Positions 52,492-63,822 of a DNA stretch of 64,000 nt are shown in pieces. Location: contig JACKDW010000001.1 of NCBI GenBank assembly GCA_020633295.1, forward strand, positions 1,341,828 to 1,405,827, read 5' to 3'. This stretch comes from Myxococcales bacterium. GTDB lineage: Bacteria > Myxococcota_A > Polyangia > Nannocystales > Nannocystaceae. Position 1 is the stretch's first letter. Every line of letters begins with the position of its first letter. Under the pieces are notes generated by a model. That model made no database searches, was not told the origin of the DNA, and saw only the letters and a program-made list of their open reading frames with translations. Made by a program: the position numbers and the translations under genes.

Positions 52492-53907
52492 TCACGGCGC
52501 GTCCCCCAGAACGCGGACCGACTGCGCCGAGCGCAGCGCGCCCTCGGGATCCCAGCGCTCACGCACGGCGCTCCAGGCCGCGAGCCGCGGCTCCATGGCC
52601 GCGAAGTGCTCGGGCCGCGTGAACATGTCCTTGGCCAAGTAGATGCGCCCGCCCTCGCGGATCACCAGCTCGTTGAGCCGGTCCACGAGGCGCTGCGTGT
52701 CGTCGGTGATCGGGAAGTCGAGCGCCAGCGAGGTGCCGGCCATCGGGAACGAGAGCATGCCCTCGCCCTCGGGCCCGCAGTCCTTCATGATCGCCAGGTA
52801 GGGGACGCCGCCCTCGCGCGCCATGACCTCGAGGAGCCGGCGCACCGCGCTCACGCCGGCGGCGTTCGGGAGCACGCACTGGTACTGCGTGAAGCCGCGC
52901 GGCCCGTAGAGTCGGTTCCACCGGCGGAAGGTGTCGAGCGGGTAGAAGAAGTCCTCGAAGTGGCGCAGGCCGTGGCGCTTGTGCCGAGGGACGTGCTTGC
53001 GCACCAGCAGGCTGTAGAACAGCCCCACCGACCATCGCTGCCGCAGCGCGGCGGGCATCGAGAACGGCACGGTGACGCGACGCTTGAAGCGGACCGGGCG
53101 CCCGCCCGCCTCCTCGGCCGTCGCCCAGCGCCCGTAGTCGAGGATGCCGCGGCCGAGCTGCTCGCCGCGCGCGAGCCCGTCGACGATGCCGACCTGGTAC
53201 GGCCACTCGACGCTCGTCTCCTTGAGCCGCGCGATGAACTCGTCGAGGTCATCGACGCGCCGGCTCTCGGACCAGATCCACGGCGACGCGACGCGCCGCA
53301 TCGTGAACTCGACCTCGAGGATGTGCCCGGTGAGCCCCATGCCGCCGAAGGTCGCGAGCAGCAGGTCCGGGTGCTGGTCGCGCGAGACCTCGAGCACGCG
53401 CCCGTCCGCGACGCGCATCCGGAGCGCGCGCACGTGCTGGCTCGCGAAGCAGCCCGCGCGATGGTGCCCCTTGCCGTGCACGTCGGCGGCGACCATCCCG
53501 CCGAGCGTCACGAATTGCGTGCCCGGCGTGACCGGCGTGAACCAGCGACGCGGGATCATCAGGCGGTTGAGCTCGAGCAGCGAGAGCCCGGCCTCGGCCC
53601 GCAGCGCGCCGGTCTCGGGATCGAAATCGAGCACGCGATCGGCGAGCCGCGTGCCGAGCACGATCGGCTCGGACGACGGCGGCAGCGAGGAGTCGCCGTA
53701 GGAGCGCCCCAGCCCGCGCGAGAGCACCGCGCCCGCGCTCGCGCGCTCGATCCGCTCGCTGAGTCGTTCGCGTCCACGCGCGGGCACGTTGCCCCACCCG
53801 CTGAGCGTGGTCACGGGGACAGGCTCAGGCGCGCGTGCGTCGTGCGCGACGGGGCGCGACGGGCCGGACGACGCGGACGGAGCGCTTGCGATCTCGGTCA
53901 TGCTCAC
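52492..53907 (-). CDS. FAD-linked oxidase (DprE1/decaprenylphosphoryl-ribose oxidase-like, FAD_binding_4)
   Basis: FAD-binding pattern (VLSRGLGRSYGDSSL ... TLGGMVAADVHGKGHH); paired with the SDR gene as in DprE1/DprE2 epimerase systems. Confidence 0.8.
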   Translation of the reverse strand: MSMTEIASAPSASSGPSRPVAHDARAPEPVPVTTLSGWGNVPARGRERLSERIERASAGAVLSRGLGRSYGDSSLPPSSEPIVLGTRLADRVLDFDPETGALRAEAGLSLLELNRLMIPRRWFTPVTPGTQFVTLGGMVAADVHGKGHHRAGCFASQHVRALRMRVADGRVLEVSRDQHPDLLLATFGGMGLTGHILEVEFTMRRVASPWIWSESRRVDDLDEFIARLKETSVEWPYQVGIVDGLARGEQLGRGILDYGRWATAEEAGGRPVRFKRRVTVPFSMPAALRQRWSVGLFYSLLVRKHVPRHKRHGLRHFEDFFYPLDTFRRWNRLYGPRGFTQYQCVLPNAAGVSAVRRLLEVMAREGGVPYLAIMKDCGPEGEGMLSFPMAGTSLALDFPITDDTQRLVDRLNELVIREGGRIYLAKDMFTRPEHFAAMEPRLAAWSAVRERWDPEGALRSAQSVRVLGDAP

Positions 53908-54023
53908 GGATGCGAGGAGCTCGCGCGGCGAGTGTAGCCGCAGCGCGGCCGCGTGCCCAGCGGCGCCGCGCCGCGCCGGCGCGCTCGCGAAGGGGGTGTA
54001 TCCTGCGAATCACGACCTCCCCC

Positions 54024-54656
54024 ATGGGCACGACAGGCGACATGACCAACGGACCCGCGAGAGCCCCACGCGTGCTCGTCGTGAGCGGCTCACGCCACCT
54101 CGAGAGCAACCTCCACGAGCTCGTGCGGATCGCGACCGAAGCCGCGCGCGCGGCCGGGGCCGAGCTCCAGACGCTCGCGCTGCACGAGCTCGACCTCCCG
54201 GTGATGCACTACAACGACCGGTCGCAGCGCGAGCTCCCGAGCGTGCGGCGCGTCCACGAGTCAGCGCGCTGGGCCGACGGCTTCATCCTCGCCACGCCCG
54301 AGTACCACGGCAACATGAGCGGCTGCCTCAAGAACTGGTTTGACTTCCTGTACGGCGAGCTCGCCGGCAAGTTCGCGGGCGTGATCGCCTGCACCGGCGG
54401 CGGCGGCGGGGACATGTCGATCACGTCCGTCAAGAACTCGTTCAACTGGTGCCACGGCTTCACGCTGCCGTTCCACGCGGCCGCGCGCAGCAGCGACTTC
54501 AAGGACGGCGCGCTCGTCAACCACAAGGTGCTCGACCGGGTGCAGCGCGTCGCCCACGACGTGGTCCGCTACGCGCCGCTGATCCGCAGCGCGTTCGACC
54601 AGGCCCGCCAGGACGGCGAGGGCGTGCGCTCGGGCGTCGCTGGCATGCACTCCTGA
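54024..54656 (+). CDS. NAD(P)H-dependent FMN reductase (flavodoxin-like fold)
   Basis: RVLVVSGSRHLESN ... TPEYHGNMSGCLKNWFD typical of SsuE/ArsH-like FMN reductases. Confidence 0.8.
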   Translation: MGTTGDMTNGPARAPRVLVVSGSRHLESNLHELVRIATEAARAAGAELQTLALHELDLPVMHYNDRSQRELPSVRRVHESARWADGFILATPEYHGNMSGCLKNWFDFLYGELAGKFAGVIACTGGGGGDMSITSVKNSFNWCHGFTLPFHAAARSSDFKDGALVNHKVLDRVQRVAHDVVRYAPLIRSAFDQARQDGEGVRSGVAGMHS

Positions 54657-54729
54657 GCGTCGACGCCCGCCGCCAGCACGCGCGACGCGGCGACCCGCCG
54701 TGGGCGAGTCGCCGCGAGCGTCATCGGGC

Positions 54730-55699
54730 TCAGGCCGGCTTGGTCCAGAACACGACGTCCGGCTCCGTGTAGTACAGCGTCTTGAGCTCGGTCTCGTCGC
54801 AGATCGGGATCTTGTAGCCGCCGCAGTCGATCTCCTCCGTGAGCCAGTCCGTGCGCAGCTTCTTGCCGCTGCAGACCATGCCGTCCGTGTCCCAGACGCC
54901 CTCGCTGTCCATGGGGAAGCCAGGACCCCAGCTGTTGACGCCCATCGAGTCCATGACGCGCAGCGGCGTGCCCGGGATCGTCAGCGAGTCGGCGTTGCCG
55001 CACGGCGACAGCATCGTCATGTAGATGCCGGCCTGGTACGCCTTGGGCCCGTGCTCCCAGGGCGAGACCCCCATCATGTCGACGGTCTTGCCGATGGAGC
55101 CGCTCGTGCACGCGAGGTACACGATGTCCGACACGTCGAACATCTTGCCGTCCTTGTCGAAGTCGACGTTGTCGAGCACGACCGACCAGAAGGTGCCAGG
55201 CTGGTCCGGATCCTCGTCGCAGGTCGGCATCTTGTCGGGCCCGGACGCGAGGTCGTTGAAGCGATACAGGTACTCGCTGCCGTTGTGGTTCATCTCCGCG
55301 ATGGTCAGCTGCACGCTGTCGCCGTCGAGCTGCATCTTCCAGATCGAGTCCAGGAACTGCCAGCCGTTGTGGATGACGCCCTTGTCGTCGCGGCAGAACA
55401 GCTCGCCTTCCTCCGCCCAGACGTGAACGCAGTCGGCCTCGATCTCCCCGAACGAGAGGCGAACGCTGGTGAGCTCGGTGTGGTTGTACTCCTTGAACAG
55501 GCCGTTGATCGCCGAGAACAGCTTGGCGCCCTGCTTGTTGGTGTTGAACTTGATGCCGCCGCCGTCGCGGTTCTCGACGTTCTCGACCGACTCGTGACCG
55601 TCGTCGTCGATGTAGTCCAAGTCCTCCGAATCCGCGTCACAGGCACACAGCGCGAGCCCCGTGGCCAGCAGCACCGACTTGTTGAAGAAGCTGTTCATC
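54730..55699 (-). CDS. Secreted lipoprotein, hypothetical (myxobacterial type)
   Basis: Start MNSFFNKSVLLATGLALCAC lipobox; conserved Cys pairs. Confidence 0.65.
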
Positions 55700-56180
55700 G
55701 TTCGTCCTCCACCCGCGTCTCCGCGTATAAATGTCTCGTCCCGCGTGCTCCGGGGCCTGCGTAGCCGGGGGGGCTCGGGCCGGGGAGCCGGGGGTGTGGC
55801 GCGGTCTCCTCGCGCCACCGTCTCCACTTGGGCAGTGATTCCCGAGCGGTCAACAATTGCGCCCGTTCGAAAAAAAGTTCGAAACGGCGAGAAACCGGGG
55901 ATCGATTCCTCGATCGCGTGGTCTCAGCCCCACGGCTCGCGGGCCGGGGGCGAGCGCGCGCGGAGGCGCGCACGAGCCCGCGAGCCCGTACAGGTCGGGC
56001 CGACAGCTCGTCGCCGCCGGTCGCGTGACCGCTCGTCGCAGGGTGTAGGTGCTCTGGAAGTGTTCGCTCCCGCGGAATCAATTGCTTCCCCCGCGAGATT
56101 TCTTGCGCGCGCGTCGACGCAATTGCTGGGCGCGCTCGGGTCACTGCCCCCTTGGTGCCGGCCCCCGGCACGGTGAACGC

Positions 56181-59100
56181 ATGGAACCCGCGCAGCTGAT
56201 CCAGCATGATCACGACGAGCCCGTGATCGACCCGAAGGACAACCTCGACGCGGCGTCGCTCGCCGACGCGCGCACGATCCTGCGCGAGCGCGAAGATGAT
56301 CGCGCGCGCTCGTCGGGCCGCGCGGCCGAGCCGCTCGCGCTCGGCGACGATCGCGAGCGGCTCGGACTGGCGCGAACCTACACGCCGCCCCCGGCGTCGC
56401 GCGACGACGAGCTCGCGCTCAGCGATACGCGCCACTCCGACGCGCCGCTGGCGCTGCGCGACACCCAGGCGACGCAGCCCGACCGCAAGCTCGCGTTCCG
56501 CGACACCCAGGCCTCGGCCTCGCAGAATCACCTCGCGGTCAGCGACACGATCGCCTCGGACTCGGCGCACCCGGACTTCGCGAAGGCCGCGGGCACCGAG
56601 GATCCGCGGATCAAGGATCTGGTCCGCGCGCAGCTGTTCAAGCGCCGCGCCGCGCCCGTCAAGCTCGGGCGCTTCACGGTCATCGGGCGCCTCGGCGAGG
56701 GCGGCATGGGGGTCGTCTACGCGGCCTACGACGATCGCCTCGATCGCAAGATCGCGGTCAAGGTGCTGCGCGGCCGCGGGAGCGAGAGCTCGACCGGGCA
56801 CGCCCGGCTGCTGCGCGAGGCCCAGGCCATGGGCCGGCTCTCGCACCCGAACATCGTCGCGGTGCACGAGGTCGGCGAGCTGCCCGACGGCGAGGTGTTC
56901 GTCGCCATGGAGTTCGTCCGCGGCCACACGCTGCAGAGCTGGGTCGAGGCCGCGCCCCGCAGCTGGCGCGAGATCGTCGCGGTCTACCGCATGGCCGGCC
57001 GCGGGCTGCAGGCGGCCCACGACGCGCGCCTGGTCCACCGCGACTTCAAGCCCCACAACGTGCTCGTCGGCGACGACGGCGTGGTCAAGGTCCTCGACTT
57101 CGGCCTGGCGCGCGGGACAGGTTTCTCGACGCCCGCGCTCGAGGCGGCCGCGGGCGACGACGCCGGCGGGCCGCCGGCCGACTCCGTGCTCGACACGACG
57201 CTCACGCGCACCGGCGCCGTCATGGGCACGCCGGCGTACATGTCCCCCGAGCAACATGAGGGGCGCCCGGCCGGGCCCGCGTCCGACCAGTTCAGCTTCT
57301 GCGTCTCGCTGCACGAGGCGCTCTACGGTCAGCACCCCTACCGCTGCGACTCTCTGCTCGACCTGGTCGCGAGCGTGACCACGGGAGCGCTCGTCGAGCC
57401 GCCTGCGGGCGCGCGCGTGCCGGGATGGCTGCGCCGCGTGATCCTCAAGGGCCTCGCGGTCAAGCCGGAGGATCGCCACCCGTCGATGGCCGCGCTGGTC
57501 GAGGCGCTGGGACGCGATCCGGCCCGCGCGCGCCGGCGCTGGCTGTCCGTCGCGGGCGTCGCGGGGCTCGCCGCCGTCGGCAGCTTCGGCGTCGCGCGCG
57601 TGAGCGCCGACGCGATCGATACCTGTCCCGACGCGCAGATCGAGCTCGACGGGGTGTGGGACGACGCGCGCCGCGAGCAAGTCCGCGCGGCGCTGCTCGC
57701 CACCGAGCTGCCCTTCGCCGCAGAGACCTTCGACCGGATCGCGCCGCAGCTCGACGGCTACGCGGCGGCGTGGACGAGCGCGCGCGCGGACGCCTGTCAG
57801 ACGCACCTCCAGGGTCGACAGTCGGACGCGCTCTTCGACCAGCGCACAGCCTGCCTCGACCAGCGCCGCGCCGGTCTGCGTGAGCTCGTCGACGGTATGG
57901 CGAGCGTCTCCGCCGACGCGGTGATCAACCTGCCAACCGCTGTCTCGCAGCTCCCCGCCGTCGCGCGCTGCAGCGACACCGAGGCGCTGACCGCCGCGGT
58001 CGCGCCACCCGAGGACCCAGCGTTGGCGTCGGCGGTCACGGGGGCGCGTGAGGAGCTGGCGCGCGCGCGGTCACTCGGCTTGCTGGGCCGCTTCGACAAC
58101 GCGTCCGCGCTCGCCGACGCGGTGAGCGTGGGCGACGCGGCCCAGCAATACCCGCCGCTCGCGGCCGAGGCGACCCTCGAGCGCGGCCGCCTCCAGATCG
58201 AGAGCTTCCAGATCGTCCCGGCGGATCAGACCCTCGAGCGCGCGCTGCTGCTCGCGCTTGCGAGCGAGCACGACGAGGCCGCGGCCGAGGCGATCGCGCG
58301 CCGCGTGTTCGCGCTCTCGGAGAACAACGACCCACCGGCCGCGATTGCGCTGGCCCCCTTGGCGACGGCGCTCGTCGACCGGTTGGGCTCGCGCGGCGGC
58401 GATCTCCGCGCGCTCCTCCTGAACAACCTCGGCAGCGCGTACGCCTCAAACGGCGACTACGCGCACGCGCGCGAGAGCTACCTCGAGAGCGTCGAACTCA
58501 AGCGAACGCTCGGCCCGCAGCACCCCGAACTCGCGTTCACGCTGGTGAACCTCGGCGATCTGCTCGTCGATCAGCACGACTACGACGCTGCGCTCGAGCA
58601 CGACGAACGGGCGTACGCGATCATCGAGTCACGCTACGGGCCGCAGCACCCGTTCGCGGGCATGATCAGGCAACAATGTCGCGGTCGCGATGCTGCGCGC
58701 GGACTACTTCACGCGCGCGCGCGCGAGGTGACCAGCGAGCGCGCGCGCTCATCGAGGCACGCGCTCGGCGGCGACGCGCCGATCCTCAGCTACGTTTACG
58801 GGACCGAGGGCCGTCTCGCGCTCCTCGAGCGCCGATACGCCGACGCGCGCGACCACTTCGCGAAGCGCTCGCGCGCTTCGAGGCGAGCGGCGCGGGCGAC
58901 TCGATCGAGAGCGTGCTCCCACGGCACGGCTACGCTGACGCGCTCGCGGGCCTCGGGACCTCGAGCGCGCGCGGGAGGAACACGCGCGCGCGCTCGAGCT
59001 GCGGGTGAAAGCGTTCGGCGAGGACGCGAACGTCGCGGAGTCTCACGAGCGCCTCGGGGAATTTGAGTTCCGGTTCGGTGACCCTTCGCTCGCCAATGAG

Positions 59101-59637
59101 CACCTCCGCCGGAGCCTCGAGATCCGCGAGCGGGCGCTGCCCGCTGGCGACGCCCGGATCGCGATCGCCCACCACCGACTTGGACAGCTATCCCTTCAGA
59201 CAGGCGATCAAGCGTCCGCGCGGGAGCACCTCGAGCGCGCCGAGGCGCTGATCACCGCCGCGCTCCCCGAGCAGAACCCGCACGTCGTCGAGGTCATCCG
59301 CGCGCGCGGCGAGCTCGAGATGACCGAAGGTGCATATGCTGACGCGCTCGCCCGGTTTGAGCGCGCCCGCGCGCTGTACGACGCGTTCCTCGATCCAGAC
59401 GACCCGCTGCGCGCGCTCGTCGAGTTTGACATCGCGCGCGCGCTCGCGGCGCTCGGGCGCGACGACGAGGCCGAGCCGCGCGCCCGCGCGGCCTTGCAGG
59501 CGCTCGGCGAGCGCCCCGGGTACGCCCGCGAGCGTGACGACGTGCAGGCGTTCGTGCGTGGCGGCCTCAAGGACTTCGCGCGCCCCGCCGGCGCCCGTGA
59601 CCTGGCGCCGGCGGAGCCGGCCGCCCCGGCGCCCTGA
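56181..59637 (+). CDS. Ser/Thr protein kinase with C-terminal TPR-repeat region; the 3' third is split across three frames
   Basis: Kinase domain (GRLGEGGMGVVYAAYD, HRDFKPHNVLV, DFGLA, GTPAYMSPEQ). TPR-like region; after about 58650 real-looking TPR peptide runs through three frames (..LLERRYADARDHFAK / ALARFEASGAGDSIESVLPRHGYADALAGLG / DLERAREEHARALELRVKAFGEDANVAESHERL..) and ends at 59637. Confidence 0.7.
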
Positions 59638-59643
59638 CGGCCG

Positions 59644-61863
59644 CTACGCGCCCGGCGGCTGCATGCCGAGGTTGGCGACGAGGAAGCCCCAGAGGTCCGC
59701 CCACTCCTCGATCTTCTTGCTCGTCGGCTTGCCCGCGCCGTGCCCGGCGCGGGTGTCGATCCGGATCATCACGGGCGGCTCGCCGCGGTGCGCGTGCTGC
59801 AGCGCGGCCGCGAACTTGTAGCTGTGCCCCGGGACCACGCGGTCGTCGTGGTCGGCGGTGTACACGAGCGTCGCCGGGTAGCGCGTGCCCGGCTCGAGGT
59901 TGTGCAGCGGCGAGTAGGCGAGCAGCGCCTTGAACTCCTCGGCGTCGTCCGGCGAGCCGTAGTCCGAGGTCCAGGCGTGACCGATCGTGAACTTGTGGAA
60001 GCGCAGCATGTCCATGACGCCGACGCCCGGGAGCGCGGCCGCGAACAGCTCGGGGCGCTGGGTGATCGCCGCGCCGATGAGCAGGCCGCCGTTGCTGCGG
60101 CCGCCGACGGCGAGCTTCTGCGGGCTCGTGTACTTCTCGGCGACGAGGTACTCGGCCGCGGCGATGAAGTCGTCGAACACGTTCTGCTTGCGCAGCTTCA
60201 TGCCGGCCTCGTGCCACTCCGAGCCGTACTCGCCGCCGCCGCGGAGGTTGGCGACCGCGTAGACGCCCCCCATCTCCATCCACGCGAGGTTGGGGACCGA
60301 GAAGCCGGGCGTGAGCGAGATGTTGAAGCCGCCGTAGGCGTACAGGTAGGTCGGGTTCTGCCCGTTGAGCTCGAGGCCCTTCTTGGCCGTGATGAACATC
60401 GGGATCGTGGTCCCGTCCTTGCTCTTGTAGAACACCTGACGGGTCTCGTAGTCGTCCGGGTTGAACTTGAGCGCGGGCGACTTGAACACCGAGCTCTCGC
60501 CGGACTTGATGTCGTAGCGATAGACCGTGCCGGGCTCGGTGAAGCTCGTGAAGGTGTAGAAGGTCTCCTTGGCGTCCTGCTTGCCGCCGAAGCCGTAGAC
60601 GGTGCCGATGCCCGGGAACTCGACCTCGCGCTCGAGCGCGCCCTTGAGGCTGAAGACCTTGACCTGGCTCCGTACGTCCTTGAGGTAGCGCGCGAACAGC
60701 TTGCCGCCGACGTAGCTCGCGCCGTGCAGCGTCTCGGGGGCCTGCGGGATGATCGTCTTCCAGTCCGCAGGGTCAGGTCGCTTGAGGTCGATCTCGATCA
60801 CGCGCCCGCGCGGCGCGTCCTTGTCGGTGCGGAACAGCAGCTTGCTGCCCTGGTTGCCGACGAAGGAGTACTCGGCGTCGAACTGGTTGAGCAGCTCGAC
60901 GAATTGCCCCTTGGTCGGCCCGGCCTTGAGGTCCAGGACGAACACGCCGTTCTTCTTCGACGTGCCCTCCCACACGCGGCTGACGAGGTAGCGCCCGTCC
61001 TCCGTGACGCTCGAGCCGAAGCCCCAGCGCGGCTGGTCGGGGCGCTCGTAGATCTTGACGTCGTCGGCCTGCGGGGCGCCGAGCGCGTGGTAGTAGATCA
61101 TGTGGTTGTAGTTGGCGCCCTCGAAGGTCTCGCCCTCCTTGGGCGCGGCGAAGCGGGCGTAGAAGAAGCCCTTGCCGTCCTTGGTCCACGAGATCTCGGA
61201 GAACTTCGACCACTGGATGTGGTCGGGCAGGTCCTTGCCGGTCTTGATGTCGCGGACCTTGAACTCCTCCCAGTCGGAGCCCGCGCGCTTGATCCCGTAG
61301 GCCACGAGCTTGCCCTTGGGGCCAGGCGTGAAGGATCCGAGCGCGACGGTGCCGTCCTCGGAGAGCGTGTTGGGGTCGAGGAAGACCTTGGCCTCGGCGT
61401 CGAGCGACGGGGTGACGTAGATGACGTTTTGGTTCTGCAGCCCGTCGTTGCGCGAGTAGAAGTAGTGCTTGCCCTCGCGCATGGGCAGGCCGAAACGCTC
61501 GTAGTTCCACAGCTCGGTCAGGCGCGCGCGGATCGGCGCGCGCGCGGCGATGGTCTCGAGGTAGCCGAAGGTCACCGCGTTCTCGGCCTCGACCCAGGCG
61601 CGCGTCTCGGGGGCGTCGAGGTCCTCGAGCCAGCGATAGGGGTCGGCGACGCGCGTGCCGTGGAGCTCCTCGGCCGTGTCGGCGCGGCGCGTCGCCGGGT
61701 AGCTGTACGGCGACGGCGCCGCCGCAGGCGCGCCCGCGTCTCCTTCAGCCGACGGCGCGCGGTCAGCCGGCGTCTCGCTGGCGGACGGGCGACACGCGAC
61801 GACGAAGGCGACGGACAGGAGGGCGGGGAGCAGGACGCTGCGAATCGTGGGCATGGTGCACAA
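59644..61863 (-). CDS. Prolyl oligopeptidase (S9A family) with signal peptide
   Basis: N-terminal beta-propeller region (DPYRWLEDLDAPETRAWVEAEN) and C-terminal catalytic domain (GGSNGGLL, GHGAGKP). Confidence 0.85.
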   Translation of the reverse strand: MCTMPTIRSVLLPALLSVAFVVACRPSASETPADRAPSAEGDAGAPAAAPSPYSYPATRRADTAEELHGTRVADPYRWLEDLDAPETRAWVEAENAVTFGYLETIAARAPIRARLTELWNYERFGLPMREGKHYFYSRNDGLQNQNVIYVTPSLDAEAKVFLDPNTLSEDGTVALGSFTPGPKGKLVAYGIKRAGSDWEEFKVRDIKTGKDLPDHIQWSKFSEISWTKDGKGFFYARFAAPKEGETFEGANYNHMIYYHALGAPQADDVKIYERPDQPRWGFGSSVTEDGRYLVSRVWEGTSKKNGVFVLDLKAGPTKGQFVELLNQFDAEYSFVGNQGSKLLFRTDKDAPRGRVIEIDLKRPDPADWKTIIPQAPETLHGASYVGGKLFARYLKDVRSQVKVFSLKGALEREVEFPGIGTVYGFGGKQDAKETFYTFTSFTEPGTVYRYDIKSGESSVFKSPALKFNPDDYETRQVFYKSKDGTTIPMFITAKKGLELNGQNPTYLYAYGGFNISLTPGFSVPNLAWMEMGGVYAVANLRGGGEYGSEWHEAGMKLRKQNVFDDFIAAAEYLVAEKYTSPQKLAVGGRSNGGLLIGAAITQRPELFAAALPGVGVMDMLRFHKFTIGHAWTSDYGSPDDAEEFKALLAYSPLHNLEPGTRYPATLVYTADHDDRVVPGHSYKFAAALQHAHRGEPPVMIRIDTRAGHGAGKPTSKKIEEWADLWGFLVANLGMQPPGA

Positions 61864-61960
61864 ACCTCGGCGCGCGGGCCCCGGGCGGCGGCGCGCTCCC
61901 CGAGTTCTATCAGGTTGCCCGCGAGCTCGCCGCGCTGACGTCCGCGGCCGATCGGTCTGT

Positions 61961-62908
61961 TCAAGCCAGGGTCTCGAGCTCGAGCGGCGCGTCGCGCAGC
62001 CGCGCCGAGAACACCGGCGGGAGCTCGGCGAGCAGCGCGCGCGCCGAGATCGCGGGGGCCGTCGCGGGCCACAGCCCCACCGATCGCGCCAGCGCGGCGA
62101 CGGTGCGTTCGGGCGTCGCCCCGCCCTCCCGCAGCGCGCTGAGATCGGGCGCGCCGTGGCGCTTGCTCAGCTTCTGTCCGTCGGGCCCGAAGATCAGCGG
62201 GACGTGGGCGTAGCGCGGCGGCGGGTGGCCGAGCGCGCGCAGCAGGTGCACCTGGCGGGGCGTGCAGTGCAGGAGGTCGTCGCCGCGCACCACGTCGGTG
62301 ATCTGCATGGCCGCGTCGTCGACGACGACCGCGAGCTGGTAGGCCCAGGCGCCGTCGCTGCGCCGCAGGACGAAGTCGCCGACGTCGCGCGCGATGTCGT
62401 CACGGGCGGCGTCCGGGCCGTGCACGAGATCATCGACGGAGACGCGCCCCGGGGGCGCGCGCCAGCGCAGCGCGGTCGGGCGCCCGGCCGCGACAGGTCC
62501 CGAGCGACAGGTCCCAGGGTAGATGACCTCCCCGCCAGGCGAGAAGCGAGCGCGCGTTCGCAGCTCGCGGCGGGAGCACGAGCACGCGTAGGTGCTGAGC
62601 CCCGCGATCGCGCGCTCGTAGTGCGAGAGGCGCTCGGACTGCCGGTACGGCCCGAACGGCCCGCCGACGTCGGGTCCCTCGTCCCAGTCGAGCCCCATCC
62701 ACGCGAGGTCGCGATAGACGCGCTCCTCGAGCTCGGGGCGCGAGCGCGTCGGATCGTTGTCCTCGATCCGCAGCACGAAGCGCCCGCCCTGCTGGCGCGT
62801 GTACAACCAGGCGAGCAGCGCGGTGCGTGCGTTGCCGAGATGTAGGCGGCCGGTCGGGCTGGGCGCGTAGCGCCCGCGGTGCGGCGCGGCGGCGGACGGC
62901 GTCGACAT
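61961..62908 (-). CDS. gluQ: Glutamyl-Q tRNA(Asp) synthetase (GluQ-RS)
   Basis: RYAPSPTGRLHLGNARTALLAWL (HIGH-like) ... KLSKRHGA (KMSKS-like), about 300 aa truncated GluRS paralog. Confidence 0.85.
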   Translation of the reverse strand: MSTPSAAAPHRGRYAPSPTGRLHLGNARTALLAWLYTRQQGGRFVLRIEDNDPTRSRPELEERVYRDLAWMGLDWDEGPDVGGPFGPYRQSERLSHYERAIAGLSTYACSCSRRELRTRARFSPGGEVIYPGTCRSGPVAAGRPTALRWRAPPGRVSVDDLVHGPDAARDDIARDVGDFVLRRSDGAWAYQLAVVVDDAAMQITDVVRGDDLLHCTPRQVHLLRALGHPPPRYAHVPLIFGPDGQKLSKRHGAPDLSALREGGATPERTVAALARSVGLWPATAPAISARALLAELPPVFSARLRDAPLELETLA

Positions 62909-62950
62909 GCGTCGAGGGCCCGGATACCACGCGCGCGCGCGGACGGTCGC

Positions 62951-63550
62951 CTACCAGGCGCGCGGGAGGTAGGCGGCCGGGATCGGGTTGCTCTGGTGCT
63001 CCTCGGTCCAGACGATGCTGAGGATCCACCAGCGCGCGCCGTCGTGCCGGAGCTGGATGCTGTTGATCCCGCGGACGAGCAGCTCGCCGTCCCCCTGACA
63101 GGTCCGCCCCTCGTAGCTGCTGAAGACGTGCGCGATCCCGGCGTACACCTCGGTGCGCCGAAACAGCTCACGCTCGACAAAGCTCATCAGGCCGGTCTGC
63201 GAGATCCGCTCGCGCGCGCGCGCGACGAAGCCCGCGACGTGCGTCTCAACCGTCTCGCCGGTCGGCTTGACGGCGATCAGCTTGGCGTCCTCCGTCAGCA
63301 GGCTCGCAAGTCGCGCCTCATCCGGGCCGGCGCCGGTCGTAAACGAGACGCTCTCGTAGGTCGCGCGAACGATGGCGTCGATCGAGGCCACGTCCTCGGG
63401 AGCCGCGCGAACAGCGAGGTGGTGTCTACGGGCGGCTACGGCCAGCGACGCGTCGAGATGCAGCGGCGCGTGCGGCGGACGCAGGATGGGGTTGGACTGA
63501 CCTTGGGGAGGTTCTTGATTCAACCTTTGCTCCTTCAGAGGTTCGTTCAC
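62951..63550 (-). CDS. Hypothetical protein (SnoaL/NTF2-like fold suspected)
   Basis: ORF with real-looking composition; no strong motifs. Confidence 0.45.
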   Translation of the reverse strand: MNEPLKEQRLNQEPPQGQSNPILRPPHAPLHLDASLAVAARRHHLAVRAAPEDVASIDAIVRATYESVSFTTGAGPDEARLASLLTEDAKLIAVKPTGETVETHVAGFVARARERISQTGLMSFVERELFRRTEVYAGIAHVFSSYEGRTCQGDGELLVRGINSIQLRHDGARWWILSIVWTEEHQSNPIPAAYLPRAW

Positions 63551-63822
63551 TATACACGCGGCCGGTTCACCGCGATCCCGTGGAACTCTCCGTAGCGGCC
63601 ACTACAAGGGCAATAAGAAGGCTTCGCGCGACGCGCGTTCGACCGACATATCACCGTTTCTCCCCCTCTCCGGGGGCGTGTCCGCGCGCGGGCTCGACGG
63701 CCGGAACATGCGCGATGTGTTTGCGTCAGAGATCGCTCACGGCGCCACAGCGCCGGAGACGCAGGCGACCCGCGTGATCTGGCCCGTGGTAATCACGGGG
63801 CTCCCGAGTATCCTCGGGCCCG

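Noticed and set aside
59740-61938. ORF 59740..61938 (+) 732 aa antisense to prolyl oligopeptidase.
   Set aside because: Shadow ORF opposite a gene with S9 catalytic motifs.
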